DNA of 64,000 nt, taken from an uncultured Thiothrix sp. (GTDB lineage Bacteria > Pseudomonadota > Gammaproteobacteria > Thiotrichales > Thiotrichaceae). The stretch lies in the NCBI GenBank assembly GCA_964398375.1, contig CAYNNA010000002.1, positions 6,038 through 70,037 on the forward strand. The letters run 5' to 3'. This document shows positions 38,975 through 49,112 of the stretch, piece by piece. Below the pieces are notes generated by a model, which did no database searches, was not told the origin of the DNA, and was given only the letters and a program-made list of their open reading frames with translations. How positions within the stretch are numbered: position 1 is the stretch's first letter; each line of letters opens with the position of its first letter. The translations under genes were made by a program, and so were the position numbers.

Positions 38975-40297
38975 ATGGCAATGGAAATTGATTTACTTAT
39001 TACACCCGAATGGATTATTACCGTCGATTCGGGCAATCAAGTTCTGCGACACCACACTATAGCGGTGAATAATAGCAGGATTGTGGCGCTAATGCCCACT
39101 TCTGAAGCAGAAAAACACTATACCCCCCGACAGACTGTAGCGTTACCACAACAGGCTGTATTACCGGGGTTTGTCAATGCCCATACTCATGTGGCGATGT
39201 CACTGCTCAAGGGGTTGGCGGATGACTTACCGTTGATGGATTGGTTGCAACACCACATCTGGCCTGCGGAAGCCCAATGGGCGGATGCGGAATTTGTGTA
39301 TGACGGCAGTCAGTTAGCCATTGCCGAAATGCTACGTTCCGGCACGACTTGTTTCAATGACATGTACTTCTTCCCCGAAGCCACTGCGCAAGCCGTTGCC
39401 GCAAGCGGCATTCGGGCGTGTATTGGCATGATCATGATCGACTTCCCGACCCGCTGGGGCAGTGGTGCAGCAGAATACATTCAAAAAGGCTTGGCATTGC
39501 ATGAGCAATTGCAGGCAAATCCGTTGCTTACCACGGCATTCGCCCCACATGCGCCGTACACCGTGTCTGATGACCCGTTGCAACGAGTACAACAGTTGGC
39601 AGGCGAACACGCGCTACCCATCCACATGCACGTGCACGAAACCGCGTTTGAAGTGCAGCAAGCCATCGAACAAACCGGAATGCGCCCCCTTGCTCGGCTC
39701 GCGCAACTCAGCTTGCTCGACCAGCATTTTCTCGCCGTCCACATGACGCAATTGATGGATGACGAAATTGCGTTACTGGCGCAAACCGGCACGCACGTTA
39801 TCCACTGCCCGGAATCGAATTTGAAACTTGCTAGCGGTTTCTGCCCTGTCAGTAAACTTACCGCTGCTGGGGTTAATGTCGCCCTCGGCACGGATGGCAA
39901 CGCCAGCAATAACGATCTGGATATGCTCGGCGAAATGCGTACCGCTGCCCTGCTTGCCAAAGCCGTGGCGCAAGATGCCAGCGTGATTCCAGCGGCACAA
40001 GTATTACGCATGGCAACCATCAATGGCGCACGCGCCTTAGGGTTGAATAGCGAAATCGGTTCACTGGAGGTCGGCAAATCCGCTGACATGATTGCGGTTG
40101 ATCTTGGTACACTGGAAGCCAGCCCCCTGTATGACCCCGTGTCACATTTGGTATATTGCACCAGCCGTGAACAAGTCACCCATGCATGGGTAGCAGGCAA
40201 AGCCCTGTTGGAAAACCGCCAACTGACCACGCTGGATAGCACTGCCATCATCGCCAAAGCGCGGCACTGGCAACAAAAAATTGGAGCAACCCCATGA
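38975..40297 (+). CDS. mtaD: TRZ/ATZ-family amidohydrolase (MTA/SAH deaminase-like)
   Basis: [37 protein letters not shown]; conserved position before ubiG. Confidence 0.85.
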   Translation: MAMEIDLLITPEWIITVDSGNQVLRHHTIAVNNSRIVALMPTSEAEKHYTPRQTVALPQQAVLPGFVNAHTHVAMSLLKGLADDLPLMDWLQHHIWPAEAQWADAEFVYDGSQLAIAEMLRSGTTCFNDMYFFPEATAQAVAASGIRACIGMIMIDFPTRWGSGAAEYIQKGLALHEQLQANPLLTTAFAPHAPYTVSDDPLQRVQQLAGEHALPIHMHVHETAFEVQQAIEQTGMRPLARLAQLSLLDQHFLAVHMTQLMDDEIALLAQTGTHVIHCPESNLKLASGFCPVSKLTAAGVNVALGTDGNASNNDLDMLGEMRTAALLAKAVAQDASVIPAAQVLRMATINGARALGLNSEIGSLEVGKSADMIAVDLGTLEASPLYDPVSHLVYCTSREQVTHAWVAGKALLENRQLTTLDSTAIIAKARHWQQKIGATP

Positions 40298-41016
40298 CCA
40301 ACCCCACACCAAACGCCAACCCAAACGTTGACCTCAACGAAATCCGCAAGTTTGAAGACCTTGCCTGGCGCTGGTGGGATCGTGACAGCGAATTCAAACC
40401 GCTGCACGATATTAACCCGCTGCGCCTCAACTACATTGACGATCATGCGCATTTACAAGGCAAAAACGTCATCGACATCGGCTGTGGCGGCGGCATTCTT
40501 GCCGAAAGCATGGCACGCCGTGGCGCAACCGTTACCGGCATCGACATGGGCGCAACCCCCTTGGAAGTCGCCGAATTGCACGCGCTCGAATCTCAAGTCG
40601 AGGTCACTTACCGCCAAATCAGCGCCGAAGCCATCGTGACTGAAGCCCCTGAGCAATTCGATGTCGTGACCTGCATGGAAATGCTGGAACACGTCCCCGA
40701 CCCCGCTTCCGTGATTGCCGCGTGTGCCAACTTGGTTAAACCCGGTGGCGATGTCTTCTTTTCCACCCTCAACCGTAACCCCAAAGCCTTTGCCTTAGCG
40801 ATTCTGGGCGCAGAATACGTGCTGAATATGCTCCCCAAAGGCACACACGAATACGCCAAATTCATCAAACCTTCCGAACTCGAACGCTGGGCGCGTTCTG
40901 TCGGCTTGGAACTGCGGAATATCGCTGGCATGACATACAATCCGCTGTTCCAGAGTTATCGTCTGGGCAATGATGTGGATGTCAATTATTTAATGTATTT
41001 CAAAAAGGAAATGTGA
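40294..41016 (+). CDS. ubiG: Ubiquinone biosynthesis O-methyltransferase
   Basis: [52 protein letters not shown]. Confidence 0.97.
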   Translation: MTNPTPNANPNVDLNEIRKFEDLAWRWWDRDSEFKPLHDINPLRLNYIDDHAHLQGKNVIDIGCGGGILAESMARRGATVTGIDMGATPLEVAELHALESQVEVTYRQISAEAIVTEAPEQFDVVTCMEMLEHVPDPASVIAACANLVKPGGDVFFSTLNRNPKAFALAILGAEYVLNMLPKGTHEYAKFIKPSELERWARSVGLELRNIAGMTYNPLFQSYRLGNDVDVNYLMYFKKEM

Positions 41017-41019
41017 TTA

Positions 41020-41595
41020 ATGTTTGAGATGAAACGGCTGGTAGGTTTACTGCTGGTCATATTTGCGTTGAGCGGCTGCGCAGTACAATTTGACAATGTA
41101 ACCCTTGCCCCTGATGGCAGCCCGCGCTTGCAGACCCTTACCCCAAAAATGAAGCAGCGCATTGATGAACTGGCGCAAGCGCTGATTGCACTCGACCCCG
41201 CCATTATCGACCCGCGAGAAGCCAAGTCCGTCGCTCACGATGCGTTTGTATACCCAATGTATCTGGCGAATGACTGGGGTTTGACATGGCCGCCGGTATT
41301 ACACAATACCTTGCGCAATTCCAAACAACGTAAAGCCGGACTGTGTGTGGACTGGGCACGAGCCATGCGGGCGCGGATGCGCACCAAAAACCTCCAGACT
41401 TTCGACCTTTATTGGGGGGTCGCGTACAAAGGCAACGCTTGGCGCGAACACAGTACCCTGATCGTCACCGCCAAAGGCAAACCTTTTGCGACCGGCATTT
41501 TGCTGGATCCTTGGCGCAATTCCGGTGATTTGTATTGGAGTACTATCAAAGACGACCTCCAATACCCTTGGAAATACTTTGAAGGCCCCGGTTAA
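41020..41595 (+). CDS. Hypothetical lipoprotein with a possible Cys-His-Asp triad
   Basis: Lipobox LSGC; GLCVDWA, EHSTL, LLDPWR. Confidence 0.7.
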   Translation: MFEMKRLVGLLLVIFALSGCAVQFDNVTLAPDGSPRLQTLTPKMKQRIDELAQALIALDPAIIDPREAKSVAHDAFVYPMYLANDWGLTWPPVLHNTLRNSKQRKAGLCVDWARAMRARMRTKNLQTFDLYWGVAYKGNAWREHSTLIVTAKGKPFATGILLDPWRNSGDLYWSTIKDDLQYPWKYFEGPG

Positions 41596-41598
41596 ACG

Positions 41599-42306
41599 CT
41601 AAGCCCGTGCCTTGTGAAACGTCAGCACCAACACATCCCGCCAAGCGGGTTGGGTTGGGTCGGCTGGGCTAATCGCAGTCACGCCGTGATAAACCGCGTG
41701 ATCATTCACCAACACCAAATCCCCCGCCTGCGCTAACGTGCCCTCCGCTAAGGGACGCATGGTATTGTCGTAAATGCGACTCTCGCCACCGTCAACATTG
41801 TGGCGATCCATCATCATGATCAAGATGTATTCCGCGCCATCCTTGTGAATGCCTTCGGGGGTCGGTTTTCCCTGTTGATCAGGGCGGGCAATAATGCGGA
41901 ACTGATGAGCTTGAATGCGCCACAACTCGGCAGGACTGCGCGAAAATTGTTGCGTTGCCCAACCAATCACTTCCTTCAACACCGGATTCGCCAAGGTTGT
42001 GGGCAGCCAGCCGCGAAAATGCCGGTTAAAGCCACCGTGGAGGCGGTTGTAATGGCTGCTTTGATAATGCGGCTCGTGCGGCAATACCGTTAAGGCATTA
42101 TGTTGCCAATGAAACACCGAATAACGCCGATAGCGATAATCCCCGCCATCACGCAAATACGGATCGAGCAACAAGCCGCCCCAACTGTCGCGGAAGCGCT
42201 TGTATGCCTGCCCCATCCGGCGGGCAAGGCGTTGCTGCAAGCGATTGGTATCACCTATCGCGAACATAAACCCTGGTTTGTGCAATAACGTATCCACTTG
42301 GCTCAC
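41599..42306 (-). CDS. 2-oxoglutarate/Fe(II) dioxygenase family protein (BsmA-like)
   Basis: YRYRRYS, PTPEGIHKDG (HxD), YHGVT (distal His), RDVLV (2OG-binding Arg). Confidence 0.8.
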   Translation of the reverse strand: MSQVDTLLHKPGFMFAIGDTNRLQQRLARRMGQAYKRFRDSWGGLLLDPYLRDGGDYRYRRYSVFHWQHNALTVLPHEPHYQSSHYNRLHGGFNRHFRGWLPTTLANPVLKEVIGWATQQFSRSPAELWRIQAHQFRIIARPDQQGKPTPEGIHKDGAEYILIMMMDRHNVDGGESRIYDNTMRPLAEGTLAQAGDLVLVNDHAVYHGVTAISPADPTQPAWRDVLVLTFHKARA

Positions 42307-42358
42307 TTTATTTCAATGCTTAATCATATTGTAATTTAGTGATATTCCCTTGAACAGA

Positions 42359-43336
42359 TCACGCGGGGGTATTAGCGATAAGCGTCGCTCTTACCGGCGC
42401 GGGGTATCCTTCTATAGTGCGGCTAATATCTTGCGAATCAAGGAAGTCCGCCAACGATTCGCCTTTACTCCACGCCGTGCAACGTTGTTCTTGAGTGCTG
42501 GTTGTGGTCACATCTACCACACGAATATGAGTGAATCCCAGCCGTTTCAACCACAATTCTAATAGTGCCACCGAGGGAATGAACCAAACATTGCGCATTT
42601 TAGCGTAACGGTCGTGCGGCATTAGCACGGTATGTTCATCACCTGCCACCACCAAGGTTTCCAGCACCAACTCGCCACCGGCTCGCAAGGCACGGCGCAA
42701 TTCCTGCAAATGCCCCAGCGGATCGCGGCGGTGATACAACACCCCCATCGAAAACACCGTATCAAAGCCTTTCTGGCGCAAATCGGGCAAATCTTCACTT
42801 TTCAGCGGCAACATCCAGACCGGCTGTTCACCTGCATAACGCTTAATCAATTGAAACTGTGTCAGGAACAGCAAGGTAGGGTCAATGCCAATCACAGCCT
42901 CCGCCCCTGCCCCGCGCATCCGCCACAGATGATAGCCACTTCCGCAACCCACATCCAACACCAGCCGCCCACTCAGTGAACTCAGATGCGGCAACACCCG
43001 CTCCCACTTCCAATCGGAACGCCATTCGGTATCCACCTCAATCCCGAACAAGTGGTAAGGGCCTTTGCGCCAGGGAATCAGGGCTTGCAAACACGTCAGC
43101 AATTGCGCACGGGAGGCGGCGTCAATATCGGCAGACGTACCAAGCGTTACCGCACTCCTAGTAAAATCAACCTGTTGTGGGTGAATATCCGGTGCAGCCG
43201 CCAAAGCTGCTTGCCATTCTTCCCACTTGCCATGCGAGCCTTGTAGCGCGATTTCGAGTTGCGCAGGCAAGCTGTCCAACCAAGGTGCGAGACGCGAATC
43301 TTGCAAAAAACGGTACAGTGCTTGCCTATCGCTCAC
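42359..43336 (-). CDS. cmoB: tRNA U34 carboxymethyltransferase CmoB
   Basis: L.PWRKGP, DTEWRSDWKW, LDVGCGSGYH.WRM, FSMGVLYHR, YAKMRNVWF.PS. Confidence 0.96.
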   Translation of the reverse strand: MSDRQALYRFLQDSRLAPWLDSLPAQLEIALQGSHGKWEEWQAALAAAPDIHPQQVDFTRSAVTLGTSADIDAASRAQLLTCLQALIPWRKGPYHLFGIEVDTEWRSDWKWERVLPHLSSLSGRLVLDVGCGSGYHLWRMRGAGAEAVIGIDPTLLFLTQFQLIKRYAGEQPVWMLPLKSEDLPDLRQKGFDTVFSMGVLYHRRDPLGHLQELRRALRAGGELVLETLVVAGDEHTVLMPHDRYAKMRNVWFIPSVALLELWLKRLGFTHIRVVDVTTTSTQEQRCTAWSKGESLADFLDSQDISRTIEGYPAPVRATLIANTPA

Positions 43337-44061
43337 GCTTTCACCGCCAACAATGACGCAAAATTCAAGCCCTGAAACCAGTTAACTACTTGGGTAAAAC
43401 CCGCCGCTTCCAGTCGCTCAACGTGTTGCGCAAAAGTATCAGGAATCAGCACATGCTCCAACGCGGAACGTTTCTGGCTAATTTCGAGTTCGCTGTACCC
43501 ATTCGCCCGCTTAAATTCCAAATGTATATCGGTTAGCAAGGCTTGTTCCGCCGCATCCGCAAACTGAAGTTTTTCCGACAAAATCAGCACCCCACCTGGC
43601 AATAAACCCTCATAAATATGACGCAACATCGCCAAGCGTTCATCCGGTTTGAGGAATTGCAGCGTGAAATTCAGCACCACTACCGACGCATTACTCAAAG
43701 CAAGCGCCTGAATATCCGCACATTCCACCTGAAACTGCCCGCGCGGTAGATGCCGTTGCAAAATTTGCTCACAACGGCGTGTCATCGCGGCAGAATTATC
43801 CACACACACAAAGCTAAGATCCTCCACCCGCACTTGCGCCGCCATCGACAAGGTTGCCGCTCCCAAAGAACATCCCAAATCGTAAATGCGGCTATGGGGC
43901 TGCGCGTAACGCCGCGCAATCACGCCCAATAACCCAATAATGGTTTCATAACCCGGCACCGAACGGCGAATCATGTCAGGAAAGACATCCGCCACCGCTT
44001 CATTAAAAGCGAAGTCGACAACCTGCCCTTGCGGAAGCGCGTAAATGGAATCACGTTGCAT
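43333..44061 (-). CDS. cmoA: Carboxy-S-adenosyl-L-methionine synthase CmoA
   Basis: F.F...VA.VFPDMI.RSVPGY, YDLGCSLGA, NFTLQF, FKRANGYSELEISQKR.ALE. Confidence 0.96.
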   Translation of the reverse strand: MQRDSIYALPQGQVVDFAFNEAVADVFPDMIRRSVPGYETIIGLLGVIARRYAQPHSRIYDLGCSLGAATLSMAAQVRVEDLSFVCVDNSAAMTRRCEQILQRHLPRGQFQVECADIQALALSNASVVVLNFTLQFLKPDERLAMLRHIYEGLLPGGVLILSEKLQFADAAEQALLTDIHLEFKRANGYSELEISQKRSALEHVLIPDTFAQHVERLEAAGFTQVVNWFQGLNFASLLAVKA

Positions 44062-44861
44062 TAGGTCGCACTCGCCGCGCCGACCCACTGGGCATCGCCC
44101 GGTTGCCGTGCAAATAGCAGGTGTTCGCCCGTGCGCTTGCCCGCCTCTGCGCCCAAAAAGTACAAATACGGCGCAACCAAGGCTTCGGGGCGAGCCACGC
44201 TATTGGGGTTTTCACCGGGGAAATTCAAGGTGCGCATACTGGTACGTGCTGGCCCAGTATCCACCGTATTCACACGGATAAAGTGCGCGGGGTCATCATG
44301 TTCAGCCGCAAGAATATCGCAAAATGCTGCCATTCCCGCTTTTGCCACTCCAAATGCGCCGTAAAATGCCTTATTGGATTCGTGGCTGGCAAACACAATC
44401 GCGGGGTCAGCAGCCTCCTGCAATAATGGCAAACACGCATGAGTCAGCAAGAAATTCGCGTGCAAATTCACCATGATCATTTTCGACCACAATTCGGTAT
44501 CGTAATGCGAAATCGGGGTAAACGAACCTAACCATGCAGCATTCAACATCAAACCATCCAAACGCCCTAATTGTGCGCGGATATTTTCGGTAAGATCGAA
44601 GTAATCCTTAGCCGTTGCGCCTTGCATATCCAGCGGGTAAATAGCGGGTTCGGGGTAGCCAGCGTTGACGATGGCGTCATAAGTGTCTTCAGTGCGGCGC
44701 ATTTCTTTGTCGAGCAGCACCACGGTTGCCCCGTATTGCGCACACGCGGTGGCAATCGCTTTGCCCATTCCCGCCGCAGCGCCCGTGACCAAAATCACCC
44801 GCCCTTGTAAGGCACTCGCTGATGGCACATACGCCAGTAAATCTTGCACATCTTGCTGCAT
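44061..44861 (-). CDS. yciK: YciK-family short-chain dehydrogenase (catalytic Tyr replaced by Phe)
   Basis: TGAAAGMG, P.IYPLD, NAA.LG..TP, RVN....GP.RT.MR...FPGE; YGAFGVAK at the YxxxK position. Confidence 0.75.
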   Translation of the reverse strand: MQQDVQDLLAYVPSASALQGRVILVTGAAAGMGKAIATACAQYGATVVLLDKEMRRTEDTYDAIVNAGYPEPAIYPLDMQGATAKDYFDLTENIRAQLGRLDGLMLNAAWLGSFTPISHYDTELWSKMIMVNLHANFLLTHACLPLLQEAADPAIVFASHESNKAFYGAFGVAKAGMAAFCDILAAEHDDPAHFIRVNTVDTGPARTSMRTLNFPGENPNSVARPEALVAPYLYFLGAEAGKRTGEHLLFARQPGDAQWVGAASAT

Positions 44862-44933
44862 TCCTGTCTCCGCTTGGGGTCAACTTAAAAATCACGTAAA
44901 TTATAGCATTATGCTTACCAAGGAACCCACATC

Positions 44934-45656
44934 ATGTTAATCGGCATTTTGGAAACCGGACGTGCGCCGGATGAATTAATCCCCGAATACGGAACGTATA
45001 CCACCATGTTTGCTGCCTTGTTAGGGCAAACCGGCGCAGCATTACGCTTTCAGATCTTTGCGGTGATGGACGGTGAATTCCCCGACTCACCACAAGTTTG
45101 TGACGGCTGGCTAATCACTGGATCGCGGCATGGTGTGTACGATGATTTGCCTTGGCTGGAACCGTTAAAGGTATTGATCCGCCAGATTCAACAGGCGCAA
45201 GTGCCGTTGATTGGCATTTGTTTCGGGCATCAAATCATGGCGGAAGCCCTAGGTGGCAAAGTGACCAAAGCGCCGCAAGGCTGGGGTGTCGGGCGGCATC
45301 ACTATCAGGTAGTGCAATCGTTGCCGTGGATGAGTGCGACACCTGCTAACATCACGCTCAATGCCATGCATCAGGATCAGGTGATGGAATGCCCGCCGCA
45401 AGCTGAGGTATTCCTGCAATCAGCGTTTTGCCCGTATGCCGGATTGGTCTATGGGAATTCAGCCTTCAGCGTACAAGCCCACCCGGAATTTACGCTGGCG
45501 TTTGAACGCGCTTTGATTGAGCTACGGGATGATGCGCCTTTGCCCCATGAGATTGCTAAACCGGCATTAGCGGATTTGAATCAAGCCAATGCGGTTACAG
45601 ATAGTGCTGCGGTTGCTCGTTGGATGGCCGATTTCTACATAATGGCAACCGGATAA
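44934..45656 (+). CDS. Type 1 glutamine amidotransferase-like protein
   Basis: ITGS, GICFGHQ (nucleophile Cys), HQDQV, QAHPEF (His-Glu). The 3' end overlaps the pheA 3' end by 22 nt. Confidence 0.88.
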   Translation: MLIGILETGRAPDELIPEYGTYTTMFAALLGQTGAALRFQIFAVMDGEFPDSPQVCDGWLITGSRHGVYDDLPWLEPLKVLIRQIQQAQVPLIGICFGHQIMAEALGGKVTKAPQGWGVGRHHYQVVQSLPWMSATPANITLNAMHQDQVMECPPQAEVFLQSAFCPYAGLVYGNSAFSVQAHPEFTLAFERALIELRDDAPLPHEIAKPALADLNQANAVTDSAAVARWMADFYIMATG

Positions 45657-46738
45657 GACCCCAGCACCCGCACCACTTCCGCCTCATCACGCAAGGCGGC
45701 TAGTGCGCCGCTGATGTCCGCATCCTGCTCATGCCCGCGCACATCCAAAAAGAAAAAGTATTCCCAATTGGTGGTGCGAGCCGGACGCGATTCAATGCGT
45801 GTCATATCCACGCCATTTTCTGCCAAGGGTTTCAGCAAGTGGTACAGCGAACCGGGGCGGTTACGGGTGGAAACCAGCAAGGACGTGCGATCGTTGCCAC
45901 TTGGCGCAACCACCTGATCCCCAATCACCAAAAAGCGCGTGGTGTTATTGGGATTATCTTCGATACTGTCTTGCACGATCTGTAAACCGTAAATCGGTGC
46001 AGCCTGACGGCTACCCAATGCCGCCGCCGCATCATCGGTAGCAACCAAACGCGCCGCTTCCGCATTGCTGCTGACCGGAATGCGCTCAGCATGAGGCAAG
46101 TGCTTATCCAGCCAATAGCGGCATTGCGCCAACGATTGCGCATGGGCATACACTTTTTGCACGCCTTGCCAGTTTTCATGCCGACACATTAGGTTTTGAT
46201 GAATGCGCAAAGAAATTTCCCCGCAAATCCGCAAACCCGATTGCATAAACATATCCAATGTATGCGTCACCACACCTTCAGTGGAATTTTCAATCGGCAC
46301 AACCCCGTAACGCACCCGCCCTGCTTCCACTTCGCGAAACACTTGCGCAATCGAATCCACCGGCAATGTACCGACATTCATCCCAAAATGCTTAAATGTC
46401 GCTTCTTGCGTAAACGTGCCTGCTGGCCCCAAATACGCAATGCGCATCGACTCTTCCAACGCCAAACATGAGGCAATCACTTCGCGAAATAAGTGCGTAA
46501 TTTGCTCATTGCGCAACGGGCCTTGATTCAACGACTGCATCCGCGTCAGGATTTGCGCCTCGCGTTCGGGGCGGTAAAACTTCGCGTTCGGGTCTTCCGC
46601 CAATTTGGTGTGCGCGACTTCTTCGGCACAGCGGGCGCGTTCGTTCAACAACGCCAGCAACTGGGTGTCGAGTGCATCAATACGCTCACGCAAGGCAGCG
46701 AGTGCCGCATTCGTGGCGGAAACAGTCGTGTTACTCAA
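45635..46738 (-). CDS. pheA: Chorismate mutase / prephenate dehydratase (P-protein)
   Basis: LR.RID.LD, YRPEREAQIL, AYLGP.GTF, VVPIENSTEG, NTTRF, TRIESRP (ACT). Confidence 0.97.
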   Translation of the reverse strand: MSNTTVSATNAALAALRERIDALDTQLLALLNERARCAEEVAHTKLAEDPNAKFYRPEREAQILTRMQSLNQGPLRNEQITHLFREVIASCLALEESMRIAYLGPAGTFTQEATFKHFGMNVGTLPVDSIAQVFREVEAGRVRYGVVPIENSTEGVVTHTLDMFMQSGLRICGEISLRIHQNLMCRHENWQGVQKVYAHAQSLAQCRYWLDKHLPHAERIPVSSNAEAARLVATDDAAAALGSRQAAPIYGLQIVQDSIEDNPNNTTRFLVIGDQVVAPSGNDRTSLLVSTRNRPGSLYHLLKPLAENGVDMTRIESRPARTTNWEYFFFLDVRGHEQDADISGALAALRDEAEVVRVLGSYPVAIM

Positions 46739-47898
46739 AGCAATCTTACCTTCAAAACGCCGGGAATCGCGGCTAAGGCTACCCGTGTATCTTCATTCAC
46801 CACCGAATCCACGTCCATCAGCGTGTAAGCCATATTGCCTTTGGAATCGTTCAGCATGTGGGCGATATTCACGCCAGCCTGCCCCAGAACATGAGAAATT
46901 TTACCCAGCATATCCGGGTTATTCTGGTTGACCACTGCGATACGCGCCAGCCCAGTGCGGCGCAATTTCACGTTCGGCAGATTGACAGAATTGGTGATAT
47001 TACCGTTTTCGAGGTAATCGCGCACCTGATCAGCCACCATGATGGCGCAATTTTCTTCCGCTTCACGAGTCGTTGCCCCCAAATGCGGTAAGGTCACAAC
47101 ACGCGGGTTGACACGCAACGCATTGCTGGGGAAATCGCAGATGTAGGCGTACACCTTGCCGCTTTCCAAACCTGCCAATACCGCGCTATCGTCCAAAATA
47201 CCATTACGGGAAAAATTAAGCAGAATCACGCCATCTTTGAGCTTTTGCAGGCTTGCAGCATTGATCAGGTTACGTGTGCTATCAATCAGCGGGACATGGA
47301 AAGTGATGAAATCGGATTGTGCCAACAACGCATCCAAATTGGGAGCAGCTTCCACGTCAGAATCGAGTTGCCAAGCGCGTTCGATGGTAATGGTCGGGTC
47401 GTAACCGATAACATTCATGCCAAGGCTACGCGCTGCATTGGCGATTTTCACACCGATTGCGCCCAAACCGATCACGCCCAGTGTCCGCCCCGGCAATTCA
47501 AAGCCGGTAAATTGCTTTTTGCCTGCTTCAACCGTGACACTCATTTCAGCGTCTGTACCTTGCAAACCACGCACGAAATCCATTGCCGGACTGATATTGC
47601 GGCAACCGATCAGCATTCCAGCTAACACCAACTCTTTCACGGCATTGGCGTTGGCACCGGGGGCATTAAACACCACCACCCCACGCTCAGAAAGCGTTTG
47701 AATGGGTACATTGTTCGTCCCCGAACCCGCACGTGCGACGGCTAACAAGTTGTCACTAAACGGATAGTCGTGGAGTTTGAAGGAACGGAGCAAGATGGCA
47801 TCAGCATCAATGGCATGGTCAGAAACAGTGTAACGGTCGGCGGGAAGACGGTTCAAGCCTTTGGGGGAAATGGCGTTGAGGGTTTGAATGTTGTACAT
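46735..47898 (-). CDS. serA: D-3-phosphoglycerate dehydrogenase with C-terminal ACT domain
   Basis: ARAG.G.NN, N.PGANANAV.E, LGVIGLGAIG, HVPL, N.SR, PHLGA.T.EAE.NCA. Confidence 0.92.
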   Translation of the reverse strand: MYNIQTLNAISPKGLNRLPADRYTVSDHAIDADAILLRSFKLHDYPFSDNLLAVARAGSGTNNVPIQTLSERGVVVFNAPGANANAVKELVLAGMLIGCRNISPAMDFVRGLQGTDAEMSVTVEAGKKQFTGFELPGRTLGVIGLGAIGVKIANAARSLGMNVIGYDPTITIERAWQLDSDVEAAPNLDALLAQSDFITFHVPLIDSTRNLINAASLQKLKDGVILLNFSRNGILDDSAVLAGLESGKVYAYICDFPSNALRVNPRVVTLPHLGATTREAEENCAIMVADQVRDYLENGNITNSVNLPNVKLRRTGLARIAVVNQNNPDMLGKISHVLGQAGVNIAHMLNDSKGNMAYTLMDVDSVVNEDTRVALAAIPGVLKVRLL

Positions 47899-47921
47899 GG
47901 GGTTTGTCCTGTGGGGTATTC

Positions 47922-48006
47922 GTAGGGGCAGACCCCCGTGTCTGCCCTTCTTGAAATATTCTATTCACTGCCAATGAAGAGGGCAGACACGGGGGTCTGC
48001 CCCTAC
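47922..48006. repeat. REPIN: two inverted GTAG-type REP units
   Basis: Perfect 27-bp IR GTAGGGGCAGACCCCCGTGTCTGCCCT (47922-47948, 47980-48006) with a 31-nt spacer; each arm is itself a hairpin. Confidence 0.9.
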
Positions 48007-48020
48007 AGGAAGAGACGGTC

Positions 48021-49106
48021 TTACCCGTTTTTCTTCGCAAAATCTTGCATAAAGCTGACCAACGTATCCACGCCTTCTTCCGGCATGGCGTTGTAGATAC
48101 TGGCTCGCATCCCACCTACAGAACGGTGGCCTTTCAAGGTGGTTAAACCCTGTTGCGCCGCTTCAGCGAGAAACGCCTTATCAAGATCAGCATTCGCCAG
48201 CGTGAACGGTACATTCATCCACGAACGGCAATCGGTAGCAACGGGGCTGTTGTAGAAACCGTCAGACGCTTCAATTGCAGCGTAGAGCTTTTGTGCTTTG
48301 CGTTCGTTGAGGGTAGCCATACCAGCCAAACCACCTTGTTGCTTGATCCACTTAAACACCAAACCCGCTAAATACCAACCATAGGTGGCAGGCGTGTTGT
48401 ACATGGATTCGTTATCTGCGTGGATTTTGTAATCAAACATGGTCGGCGTACCGGGCAAGGTTTCACCAATCAAGTCATCGCGCACAATCACAATGGTCAA
48501 GCCTGCCGGACCAATGTTTTTCTGCGCACCGGCATAAATCAAACCAAATTGGCTGACATCCAGCGGGCGTGACAAAATGGTAGACGACATATCCACCACC
48601 AAAGGCACATCACCCGTTTCAGGAACCCAGGCAAACTCGACCCCGCGAATGGTTTCATTCGGCGTGTAGTGCAAATAGGCAGCATTCGGGTCACACGTCC
48701 AAGTATCAAACGCCGGAACACTGGTGTAATTGCTCGCTTTAGTAGAGGCAACCACATTAACATTGCCATAACGCTTGGCTTCCTTGATGGCTTTGGCTGA
48801 CCAATCGCCTGTATCCACGTAATCCGCCGTGCCTTTGCCACGCAGCAAGTTTTGCGGAATCATCGCAAACTGGCTACTAGCGCCACCTTGCAAAAACAGC
48901 ACCTTGTAGTTAGCCGGAATCCCCATGATGTCGCGCAAATCCGCTTCGGCTTCAGCAGCGATGGACATGTATTCCTTACCACGGTGACTCATTTCCATCA
49001 CCGACATGCCACTCCCGTCCCAGTCCAGCATTTCCGCTTGGGCTTGTTCGAGGACAGATTGCGGCAACATCGCAGGGCCTGCGCTGAAATTGAATACTCT
49101 TTTCAT
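48021..49106 (-). CDS. serC: Phosphoserine aminotransferase
   Basis: FNFSAGPAMLP, SVMEMSHR, VLFLQGGA, NETI.G, DMSS, YAGAQKN.GPAG, GHRSVGGMRASIYNA. Confidence 0.98.
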   Translation of the reverse strand: MKRVFNFSAGPAMLPQSVLEQAQAEMLDWDGSGMSVMEMSHRGKEYMSIAAEAEADLRDIMGIPANYKVLFLQGGASSQFAMIPQNLLRGKGTADYVDTGDWSAKAIKEAKRYGNVNVVASTKASNYTSVPAFDTWTCDPNAAYLHYTPNETIRGVEFAWVPETGDVPLVVDMSSTILSRPLDVSQFGLIYAGAQKNIGPAGLTIVIVRDDLIGETLPGTPTMFDYKIHADNESMYNTPATYGWYLAGLVFKWIKQQGGLAGMATLNERKAQKLYAAIEASDGFYNSPVATDCRSWMNVPFTLANADLDKAFLAEAAQQGLTTLKGHRSVGGMRASIYNAMPEEGVDTLVSFMQDFAKKNG

Positions 49107-49112
49107 GGGTGC

